A program made the translations under genes and the position numbers. Below the pieces are notes generated by a model. The model was not told where the DNA came from. It made no database searches and worked only from the letters and a program-made list of their open reading frames with translations. Below are positions 1 to 7,968 of a DNA stretch of 35,887 nucleotides, in pieces. The stretch covers positions 1 to 35,887 of the forward strand of contig JBKHJL010000007.1 in NCBI GenBank assembly GCA_046538155.1. The letters are read 5' to 3'. The number at the start of each line of letters is the position of its first letter. The first letter of the stretch is position 1. The DNA comes from Candidatus Micrarchaeia archaeon. GTDB lineage: Archaea; Micrarchaeota; Micrarchaeia; Anstonellales; Bilamarchaeaceae.

Positions 1-310
1 GAATGCTCTTGTGGGAGACACCATAGAATCTGCATTCGGTCCGGCATTTACCATCGAAGAAATTGTGGTAACCGGGGGGACCTGTGCCTCCTGCGGGTCT
101 GAACCGGAAAATGTGCGGGCAGTAGAAACCAGAATTGTGGCAAGCGGGCTGCTTGATGATGCAGAAACAGAATATTATGCAGAAGACGGAGATACAATAT
201 TTTTCTGCTCTTCTTGGGACCAATATGAAGAAAAATGCGAAGAACATGCGCGATTGCACATATTCAAAGTGCATGGAGAACTGGTTTGTGAAGAAGATAA
301 CACAAATTAA
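1..310 (+). CDS. Partial (5'-truncated) acidic Cys-containing protein, possibly surface/S-layer-related
   Basis: Frame is open from base 2 (NALVGDTIES...) to TAA at 308-310; acidic, several Cys; followed by an AT-rich spacer with a TATA-like TTTAAAA. Confidence 0.6.
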   Translation, partial: NALVGDTIESAFGPAFTIEEIVVTGGTCASCGSEPENVRAVETRIVASGLLDDAETEYYAEDGDTIFFCSSWDQYEEKCEEHARLHIFKVHGELVCEEDNTN

Positions 311-395
311 CCTAAATAAACACATTTAAAAGACTTTCCCCTCCTAACTTATTCACGGAACCAAGAAAAACCAGGCACAGACACCCTGGAAAAAA

Positions 396-1440
396 ATGCT
401 TAACGGAATAAAAAAAATTGTTCCTCTCGGAGGACAAAGAGAGCCTGAAGAGGAGGGCCTGCAAAAAACAAGAGCCAAAAACCCTGTACTTGCCACAGCT
501 GCGCTAGTTGTTGCAGGAGCACTGGTAAGCGCCTGTTATATGGGCGGGAACACAAACAAGCAGGGAGGCTCCTGGGAAGAAGATACTGCTTCTGAAATAG
601 ATACAGGAACAGAAGGCAATTATGATACAGATACCGAGTCGGACCTTGAGGTGGATACTGATTCGGGCAGTGGTAGTGATACAGATACTGATACCGGAAC
701 AGGGGAGGGATGTGAGGACTACCAGCCGGTTCCTGCATACGAATACATGGAGTATATAGTTACAGACGTAAAGCAGGGAATAGAATATGTTGAAACAATC
801 TCCCTTAGCGAAGGGCTGGAAAATAATTACATGGAAGATGGACATCCTGAAGAAAGCATATATACCGCATCGTATTTTTTTGAGAGGCCAGACGGAAACG
901 GGATTCCGGAGTATTTATGGGGGAGAAGAGGATGACCTAGCTAATTACGTTTCAAGCCACCGGGTAAAAATAATTTATGATGGAAGCCAACGGGCCATAC
1001 TTGGAATGGATGGAGGAGAACTTGAACTTGGAAAAGAAATGTTTTCGGGAATCATAAATATCGGAGAATCCATTCCTGCAGGAGATTCCTACAGCCTGGT
1101 GCTGCTGGATACAATGGATGAAGGCGGGTGGGCAACCGCAGAAATTGCAGTTATGTACGAAGAGGAAGAAGTATGCATAGGAGATTACTGGCCTGGACAA
1201 ACTGTAACGGACGTCTGTGGGATAGAAGACCTGGATGTGCACTTATATACTGCAGCCTCAGGACTGAATTTTATTTCAAAATGGGCAGAAGTTGCAGTCA
1301 TCGAACGGATTAGAGAGATTCCCGAGCAAAATACAGCAGAGCTGACTGGACAGGAAGCTGAATATGCTGAATTTGAAGAGGTTGACGGAAAATATTACCT
1401 CAGGGAAATTGTTTCTTACCGCGGGGAATGCGTAGAATAG
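396..1440 (+). pseudogene. Frameshifted putative lipoprotein with D/T-rich linker and S-layer-like C-terminal domain (ORFs 396-935 and 787-1440)
   Basis: ORF1 has a hydrophobic stretch plus lipobox-like LVSAC and DTDT repeats; acidic coding character continues in the +1 frame (EEDDLANY...). Removing one base at T7 (875-881) or G5 (919-923) gives a single 347-aa ORF. Confidence 0.65.
582..700 (+). repeat. Low-complexity GATAC(A/T/C)-type repeats encoding an Asp-Thr/Ser/Gly linker
   Basis: gatacagatacc, gatactgattcg, gatacagatactgatacc; translates to DT/DS repeats. Confidence 0.7.
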
Positions 1441-1483
1441 CGGTTCCCTACTCTTTTTATTTCTTAAAACAAAGAAAAAGATT

Positions 1484-1966
1484 ATGAAAGAGCTTAAGGC
1501 AAGATGCGGAGGGTTTGCTGCAATGGAGCAGAAGCTGCGGAACATGGGTGCACAAAAGATAGGTGAGCTCAAGGAAACTGCAACATATTTTGATACTGAA
1601 GGGAGGGGAGCATTGAAAATAGTGCAGGGGGAGAAGGGGGCTCGTATGGTGCTGGCTGCATACAATGAGGAGAACGGGTGCTTTGATGTTGCTGTAACTG
1701 CAGTTGGAGAGGCCATGGGAGCAAGGAGGATTTTCAATAAATTATTTAGCAGTGTAGGGCAGATTGTGATAGAGAAAAAGGTTTACCGGATGGGGAGTGA
1801 AGAAGCCTGGCTGGCGCACATAGACCAGCTTGGGAATTTTGTTCTTTTGAGGGGGGAAAACGAAGGAAGGCTGCATGAGCTCGGGGAGGAACTGGAGATT
1901 GGTTTTGATAATATACTGAAGGAGGACTTTGGGGAAACGCTTTACAAATCCGGGAAGAAAATGTAG
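1484..1966 (+). CDS. CYTH-domain (class IV adenylate cyclase/CyaB-like) protein, degenerate active site
   Basis: ELKAR N-terminus, TYFD, LGNF motif and size match the archaeal CyaB family; acidic ExE motifs are partly lost. Confidence 0.7.
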   Translation: MKELKARCGGFAAMEQKLRNMGAQKIGELKETATYFDTEGRGALKIVQGEKGARMVLAAYNEENGCFDVAVTAVGEAMGARRIFNKLFSSVGQIVIEKKVYRMGSEEAWLAHIDQLGNFVLLRGENEGRLHELGEELEIGFDNILKEDFGETLYKSGKKM

Positions 1967-1968
1967 AA

Positions 1969-3294
1969 TTACATTCCCGGAAGGTTCATTCCGCCTCCCC
2001 CACCCTTGAGCATCTTCTCCATTTTCTTGCGGAAGCCGCGGTCCTTGCGGAAGCGGGTGAACATCTTTTCCATCTTGGAAAACTGGGAAAGGAAAGAGCG
2101 GACGTCCTCAAGCGGGTGGCCGGAACCCTCTGCAATCCTTTCCATGCGGGAGCGGGATTTCCTTATGAGGGATGCGTCCTTGCGCTCCTCTTTTGTCATG
2201 GAATTGATTATTGCTTCATATTCCTGGAGCTTCCCCTCGCCCTGATTTACCATTTCCTCCGGAAGGTCGCTCATTCCCATCATGGAGAAAACGCCTCCGA
2301 GGGGGCCCATGTTTTTTGCAGCCTTGAGCTGCTGGTAAAAAGTTTCTATTGTGAATTCCTTTATGTCCTCCGGAGAAATCTGGGCCTGCTCTGAAGCAGC
2401 CTTCACCTTCTCCATCAGGCCTTCAATATCAGGGATTCCAAGGAGGCGACCCACATACTTTGCAGGATCGTAAACCTGGAGGTCCTCCATCTTTTCCCCC
2501 ATACCCACAAAAGCAATCTTTGCCCCGGAAGCGGAAACAGCAGAAAGGGCGCCTCCTCCCTTTCCGGAGCCGTCCATCTTAGTAACGATGACCCCGCTTA
2601 TGGGAACCAGAGAGTTGAACTGCTCGGCCTGCTTTCCGGCAACCTGTCCGACATCAGCGCTTAAAACCAGGTAAGACTCATCAGGAGAAAGAGCATTTCT
2701 TATTCTGGACAGTTCCTCAGCAAGGCGGTCATCAAAAGCATTCCTTCCCGCAGAATCCACAATAAGAACATCATCTTCAGAACGGGAAAGCGCATCATCC
2801 ACCACCTTGTAGGCATCTGGCTCACCTTTTACGGTGTAGAAATTTACCCCAATTTGCTCGGAAAGCTGCTGGAGCTGTTCCTGGGCTGCAGGGCGCTCCA
2901 CATCCGCGCCGACTACACCTACCTTGAAGCCGCGCTTCTTGTAGAAATAAGCAAGCTTGCCTGCTGTGGAGGTTTTTCCAGCGCCGAAGAGCCCCATGAG
3001 AAGTATTTTATGCTTGTCCATGCAGGGGGAATAGGCATCCCCCATAAAAGCAATCAGCTCATCATGGACAATTTTCAGGAGGTGCTCACGCAGAGTAAGC
3101 CCCTCAAGCTGCTCAGATTCCAGGGCACGCTTCTCAATTCGCTTGGTCAGGTCAAAAACCAGCTTAACGCTTACATCAGAGGCAATCAGCACACGCTGGA
3201 GGTCGCGCACAAAAGACTTTACCGCCTTCTCGTCAACGACCGGTGCATTTGTTATCTTGGAAACAAGTTTTCTCAGGCTCTTACCCAGCTCCAT
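1969..3294 (-). CDS. srp54: Signal recognition particle protein SRP54
   Basis: NG domain (GLFGAGKT, RPAA, DSAGR, TKMDGSGKGGGALS) and Met-rich M domain (IINSMT, RIAEGSG). Confidence 0.97.
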   Translation of the reverse strand: MELGKSLRKLVSKITNAPVVDEKAVKSFVRDLQRVLIASDVSVKLVFDLTKRIEKRALESEQLEGLTLREHLLKIVHDELIAFMGDAYSPCMDKHKILLMGLFGAGKTSTAGKLAYFYKKRGFKVGVVGADVERPAAQEQLQQLSEQIGVNFYTVKGEPDAYKVVDDALSRSEDDVLIVDSAGRNAFDDRLAEELSRIRNALSPDESYLVLSADVGQVAGKQAEQFNSLVPISGVIVTKMDGSGKGGGALSAVSASGAKIAFVGMGEKMEDLQVYDPAKYVGRLLGIPDIEGLMEKVKAASEQAQISPEDIKEFTIETFYQQLKAAKNMGPLGGVFSMMGMSDLPEEMVNQGEGKLQEYEAIINSMTKEERKDASLIRKSRSRMERIAEGSGHPLEDVRSFLSQFSKMEKMFTRFRKDRGFRKKMEKMLKGGGGGMNLPGM

Positions 3295-3357
3295 GCAAAC
3301 ACTTCTGGTTGCTTCTATTTAAAAACAAAGGGATATGGTAGTTGATGAAAGGTTATG

Positions 3358-3365
3358 TTTATAAA
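3358..3365 (+). promoter_or_regulatory. TATA box for the tandem lipoprotein pair (likely leaderless, ATG 3391)
   Basis: TTTATAAA preceded by purine-rich GAAAGG, about 26 nt upstream of ATG 3391. Confidence 0.55.
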
Positions 3366-3390
3366 ATATTCCCGGCCAATAAAGGGAAGC

Positions 3391-3861
3391 ATGAGGAAAA
3401 TCAGCAGGCCTGTGGAAAAGAGAAAGGGCAGGAAGATAGTAGCAGCTGCACTTTCAGCGGCCCTGGGCCTTGGAATAGCCGGTTGCGGGAAAGCCCCACA
3501 ATGCAAAGTGTACTACAGGGGGCAGGAAAGGAGCTTATGCACAAGCTTTATAGATGGATACAGGGGCGCACTCAGGAACGGAAGAAAAATGAGGGCGCAA
3601 TTCAGGGAACTTGAAAAGAATATAGCGATGAAAAAAAAGGAGGGGAAAAACACCAGAAAAGAAGAAAGAGAACTGGAAGAAATGAAGGCGGGGGCCGAGT
3701 GCCTGATGAGAGGAATCAGCAACAAGCATTATGTCAAATCCCGCATAGACAAGGGGGAAGCAAAAGCAGTGGAAATGAAGCAGGCAGCAAGGGAACTGGG
3801 AAAACTACTCAAAGACATAGACGAGATACGAAAACAGCTCGTTAAATTCAGGTGGGGATAG
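3391..3861 (+). CDS. Hypothetical basic lipoprotein-like protein (paralogue 1)
   Basis: Basic N-region, hydrophobic h-region, LGIAG-C lipobox, helical coiled-coil body. Confidence 0.7.
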   Translation: MRKISRPVEKRKGRKIVAAALSAALGLGIAGCGKAPQCKVYYRGQERSLCTSFIDGYRGALRNGRKMRAQFRELEKNIAMKKKEGKNTRKEERELEEMKAGAECLMRGISNKHYVKSRIDKGEAKAVEMKQAARELGKLLKDIDEIRKQLVKFRWG

Positions 3862-4350
3862 GTGAGGCATAAACCAAACAACAGGGCAAAACCCGGAAAG
3901 ATGAGAATGGGGGCTGCGGCAGCAGTTTTTGCTTCTGGGCTCAGCATTGGGGGGTGTGGAGCTGCACATGTATGCAAGGCGAAGTACGAGGGAGCAGAGG
4001 TGCATAGATGCAAGGGGGCGCTTACAAATCATGAAAAAGCAAAGGAAAAACTGGAGAAACTGAGGGGAGAGCTTGTGGAAAAAGTGCGGCGGGCCCTGAA
4101 AAATAAAGTAGATGCGGGGGGAGACTACCCCAGGGAACTGGACGAATTCAACCGGTGCATAGGCAAAATAAAGGAACTTTCAAGAGAAGTTGAGAGATTC
4201 CAGGGAGCTGGGGGGCTTATCAAGAGGGGTAAAGTCTCAAAGCAGGAAATGGGCAGGATTGAGGAAAACATGGAAAGAGTGATTACCGGGCTCCAGAGAG
4301 TGGAATGGAAACTGGAAGACCTGCTCAGGAAAACAATGCTAAAAGGATAA
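3862..4350 (+). CDS. Hypothetical basic lipoprotein-like protein (paralogue 2)
   Basis: GTG directly after the upstream stop with GGTGG SD; LSIGG-C lipobox; same Cys spacing as paralogue 1. Confidence 0.7.
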   Translation: MRHKPNNRAKPGKMRMGAAAAVFASGLSIGGCGAAHVCKAKYEGAEVHRCKGALTNHEKAKEKLEKLRGELVEKVRRALKNKVDAGGDYPRELDEFNRCIGKIKELSREVERFQGAGGLIKRGKVSKQEMGRIEENMERVITGLQRVEWKLEDLLRKTMLKG

Positions 4351-4374
4351 AACTTTTCTGAATGATATTTGGGC

Positions 4375-4749
4375 ATGAGACCTGCAACTGTTGATGCACT
4401 TATTCTGGAAAACGGAAAAATAATGCTCATAAAAAGAGGGAGAGAACCGGACAAGGGAAAATGGGCGCTTCCCGGCGGTTTTGTGGATAAGAAGGAATGT
4501 GCGGAGGGGGCGTGCATCAGGGAGGCAAGGGAGGAAACAGGGCTGGATGTGGAGATAGAAAAGCTGGCCGGGGTTTTCTCAGAGCCAGGGAGAGACCCGC
4601 GGGGAACAATCTCAATTGCATACTTGTGCAGGAAAAAAAGTGGAGAAGAGCGGGGAGGAGATGATGCGGATGAAGCCGGATGGTTTCGGTTGGACGGGCT
4701 TCCGGAGCTTGCTTTTGACCATAAAAAAATAATTGAAAGCTTGCGCTGA
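4375..4749 (+). CDS. NUDIX hydrolase (ADP-ribose pyrophosphatase-like)
   Basis: WALPGG plus Nudix box (REAREETGL), RDPRG, DDA and LAFDH motifs. Confidence 0.93.
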   Translation: MRPATVDALILENGKIMLIKRGREPDKGKWALPGGFVDKKECAEGACIREAREETGLDVEIEKLAGVFSEPGRDPRGTISIAYLCRKKSGEERGGDDADEAGWFRLDGLPELAFDHKKIIESLR

Positions 4750-4787
4750 GGAGTCTATTTATTTTTGTGTATGGGGAGTGTGGGGAA

Positions 4788-5318
4788 CTAATTGCTTTTT
4801 TCCCGGGTATCTTCAAGGACAACAATGTCCTCCATGGACACCATCTCATCGGGCTTTTCCCCGAACACGATACCATGCTTCTTGCCGGACCTGAGGGCCT
4901 TGCGCTTTCCATAGAGCTCCTTGAGCTCTGCCCGCATTCCCTTGAGCTCTCCCTCTATTTCAGAGATGCGGTTTTCCGCGTCCTCAATATCCTGCTTTAC
5001 AAGCTTCTTCTTGCGCCTTGCCTTCTCAACCGCGCGGAGCTCTTTGAGCTTGTCTTCAACCTTCTTTACTTCTTTCACAAGCTGCCGCTCTATCTGGGGA
5101 GTATATGCCTGCGTGGCAATCTTGAACTCAAGCCTGCGCAGCTTCTTGCGGACAGGGCCCACCATAACATCCTGGGTCTCTTTGAGGAAGGGCTCCAGAG
5201 CCTTTTCTTCATACTTCTTGTAACGGATTCTGCCGTAATTCTTTTTTATCTCTGAAATGAGCTTGGACTTCTTGTTCTCCAACTCTTCTATCCGTTGCTC
5301 TACTTCCTCAATGTCCAT
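4788..5318 (-). CDS. Archaeal coiled-coil protein (COG1340-like)
   Basis: E/K heptads with an LEFKIATQAYTPQIERQLV segment resembling this family; start set at MDIEEVE. Confidence 0.7.
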   Translation of the reverse strand: MDIEEVEQRIEELENKKSKLISEIKKNYGRIRYKKYEEKALEPFLKETQDVMVGPVRKKLRRLEFKIATQAYTPQIERQLVKEVKKVEDKLKELRAVEKARRKKKLVKQDIEDAENRISEIEGELKGMRAELKELYGKRKALRSGKKHGIVFGEKPDEMVSMEDIVVLEDTREKSN

Positions 5319-5401
5319 GCAAATCACAAAAATGCTTAAGCTTTTAGAAATAAACTGTGTAGAGGAGTTTATAGGAGTAATGCTTTTAAAGGAGTGGGAA
5401 A

Positions 5402-6166
5402 GTGGCACTTCAGAAAGAAACAAAAAAAAGAGAAATTCCCAGAGGAAAGGGCAGGAGCATCATCGTACTTGTGGGCCCGGAGTATGAGACCAATCTTGGA
5501 ATGGTTGCAAGAGTGATGAAAAACTTCGGGCTGGAGAACCTGAGGATTGTTGAGCCAGCTTGCCCTGCGGGTAAAACTGCAGTGATGTACTCAAAACACG
5601 CGAAAGGAGTGCTGAAAAACGCAACAAGATTCGGGAGCCTCAGAAAGGCAGTAAAAGACTGTGATGCTGCAGTGGGCTTCACCGGAATAACAAATAGACA
5701 CAGGGGGAGCATAAGGGCAGTGATGCCGCTTAAAAAATTCAGGGAAAGGAGTGGAGAATACGGGGGCAACCTGGCCCTAGTATTTGGAAGGGAGGGTATC
5801 GGACTGAATGAGAAAGAAATCGGGGAATGTGATTACCTGGTTAATATAGAAACAAACAGCGAATATCCGGTGATGAACCTCTCCCATGCGGTTGCAGTCG
5901 CAATCTATGCTCTGGGGCTGGGTAAAAAGAAGAGAACGAGGGAAAAGAGACTTCCGGGAAAAGAAAAGGAAGTCCTTAACCAAATGTTTAAAAGTCTGGT
6001 AGGGAGATATAAGTTCCGCAATCCAAAAAGGTGCGAGGTGGCATTCAGGAGAATAATCGGCCGGGCCAACCCCACTGAAAAAGAAGGGCGCTCTGTGATG
6101 AATGTGCTTAGGGTTGCGCTTGAAGAACTGGAAGGTAGAGAACATGAAAAAGATGGGGCTACATGA
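5402..6166 (+). CDS. trmJ: SPOUT tRNA 2'-O-methyltransferase, TrmJ/LasT family
   Basis: NLGMVARVMKNFG, LVFGREGIGL and YPVMNLSHAV motifs. Confidence 0.88.
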   Translation: MALQKETKKREIPRGKGRSIIVLVGPEYETNLGMVARVMKNFGLENLRIVEPACPAGKTAVMYSKHAKGVLKNATRFGSLRKAVKDCDAAVGFTGITNRHRGSIRAVMPLKKFRERSGEYGGNLALVFGREGIGLNEKEIGECDYLVNIETNSEYPVMNLSHAVAVAIYALGLGKKKRTREKRLPGKEKEVLNQMFKSLVGRYKFRNPKRCEVAFRRIIGRANPTEKEGRSVMNVLRVALEELEGREHEKDGAT

Positions 6167-7313
6167 ACTTATCTCATTAACATTTGACTCTGACCCAAAG
6201 GTCAGAAAGCAGGCTGCAGTGGAGCTTGCAAAATATGATGCGCCAGGGGCAATGTTTGCGCTTGTTGAACTTACTTATGATAAAGACAAGAATGTCCAGG
6301 AAACAGCCCGGAAACTATTGGATGAAGCAAAGGAGAAGGAACCGGAAATGATGTCCTTTGCAGAAGTGTTCTCAAAGGGGGAAAATGGGGAAAAGAAAAA
6401 AGAGGGGGAAAGGGAGGAAGAGAAGCCCAGGACCACTGCGCGGGAGAAAATGCTTGAGCCGATAGAGAAGATGTTTGAGGAAAAACTTGGCAAGGAACGG
6501 GCAGAAAAGATGAAGAAAAGGATGATGCCCACGCTAGAAAAAATGTACATGAAGGCAATGGAAGGAAAAGAAGGGGGAGAAAGGGAAATGAGCAAAGAAA
6601 ACAAGAAAGCAGTGGAGGATATGCTGGAAGGCTATCTGGATGTTGTTGCGGGCAGCGGAGAAAAAGAGATAGATATGCCAGAACCGAGGCAGAAATCACT
6701 TGCAGAAGAGCTGGGCCTGGTTTCAACCAAGGAACTCAGACCGGATGAAGTATTCAAGGAAGTTGAAAAAAGCTCACTGGAAGATGAGAGCGCTATTGAG
6801 GAAGAGCCCAGCCCGGAAGAAGAATGGGCAAAAGAAAAGGCGGAAATGTCCCCTGGGGGGACAGTATTCAAATTTGCATTTGACACCATGATGGCCAGCA
6901 AAGGAGACGAAAAAGTGATGAAAAAAGCGATGAAGAAGCTGACCAAAAATACTGAAGACCAGATAAAGCTTGCTTTTGACGTAGCTAAAAAGCGTTACAA
7001 GGAGCTGAACATAACAGACATTACCAAGATAAAGAGCGGGATGAGGAACATAAACACTGGAGCGCTCTATGTGAAATCGCTTGAGCACAGGGACTACCAG
7101 AGAACCAAGACTAAAAAAGATGTTTTTACCCGAATCGTTGTGGCAGACCCGGAGGGGAGCGAAGGACTGATTTACCTTTTCAACCAGAGGGGGAATCCCA
7201 TAAGGCCGGGAATGAAACTAAAGCTAGAAAAGGCCTACTCAAAAACCTTTGACTGGTCGGGGGAAACCGCAATGACGGTGAGCAAAAAAGGAAAAGTGTA
7301 CATCATTCTTTGA
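6144..7313 (+). CDS. HEAT-repeat protein with charged central region and C-terminal SSB-like OB fold
   Basis: DSDPKVRKQAAVEL and DKDKNVQETA HEAT-like repeats; the last ~95 aa resemble archaeal SSB/RPA OB folds. Confidence 0.7.
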   Translation: MKKMGLHELISLTFDSDPKVRKQAAVELAKYDAPGAMFALVELTYDKDKNVQETARKLLDEAKEKEPEMMSFAEVFSKGENGEKKKEGEREEEKPRTTAREKMLEPIEKMFEEKLGKERAEKMKKRMMPTLEKMYMKAMEGKEGGEREMSKENKKAVEDMLEGYLDVVAGSGEKEIDMPEPRQKSLAEELGLVSTKELRPDEVFKEVEKSSLEDESAIEEEPSPEEEWAKEKAEMSPGGTVFKFAFDTMMASKGDEKVMKKAMKKLTKNTEDQIKLAFDVAKKRYKELNITDITKIKSGMRNINTGALYVKSLEHRDYQRTKTKKDVFTRIVVADPEGSEGLIYLFNQRGNPIRPGMKLKLEKAYSKTFDWSGETAMTVSKKGKVYIIL

Positions 7314-7920
7314 ACAGCTTTAGGAGCATCAGTTTCTCAAAAAAGAAAGATTTTTCTTCAACTACTTCAGATGAAAATCCAAGAGAATGGGAGAGTTCCA
7401 GTGTGCGGGGAATATCCGTGTGGGTGCTCTGGACAAGGAAGGCTTTTCCTCCCGGAAGAAGGTAATCGTCCAGGTGATGGAGAAATGAATCGGTGTGGAA
7501 ACGGCCATCCCTGCCGCTGTAAAGCGCCCCATCAATGGGGGATGGTTTTCCAGGGGGGCGGTGGCTTTCAGGGAGATAAGGCGGATTGAAGAGAATTGCA
7601 TCAAAACGGAGCATCGGGGCGGAGGAAAACAAGTCAGAATGGATAAAACAGGCGTTCCTGATTTTGTTGTGGCTGGCATTATACTTTGCATTCCTGACTG
7701 CTTTTGGATCTATATCAAGGCCAAGAACATAGTTTTTCGGATTGCGGGAAGCGTTTGCAAGTGAGGATATACCGCATCCGGTACCCAGCTCAAGGATGTT
7801 TCCGCTTAATGAATGGGTGTGCTTGGCGAGGAGGAATGAGTCTTCCTGTGGAGGATAAACCTCCCTGAAGACATCAAGCTTTAGGCCTAAAAAATTAAAC
7901 TGGGAAACACTGGATTCCAT
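7303..7920 (-). CDS. HemK2/PrmC-like (release factor glutamine) methyltransferase
   Basis: VYPPQEDSFLL, LELGTGCG (SAM motif I), FNPPY. Confidence 0.9.
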   Translation of the reverse strand: MESSVSQFNFLGLKLDVFREVYPPQEDSFLLAKHTHSLSGNILELGTGCGISSLANASRNPKNYVLGLDIDPKAVRNAKYNASHNKIRNACFIHSDLFSSAPMLRFDAILFNPPYLPESHRPPGKPSPIDGALYSGRDGRFHTDSFLHHLDDYLLPGGKAFLVQSTHTDIPRTLELSHSLGFSSEVVEEKSFFFEKLMLLKLFKE

Positions 7921-7968
7921 TAATAGGATAATAATGGAGAGGTTTTAAATAATTGCCCGGATGGGGAA

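Noticed and set aside
582..700. CRISPR-like or mobile repeat
   Set aside because: Short degenerate in-frame codon repeats with no repeat-spacer periodicity; no cas genes
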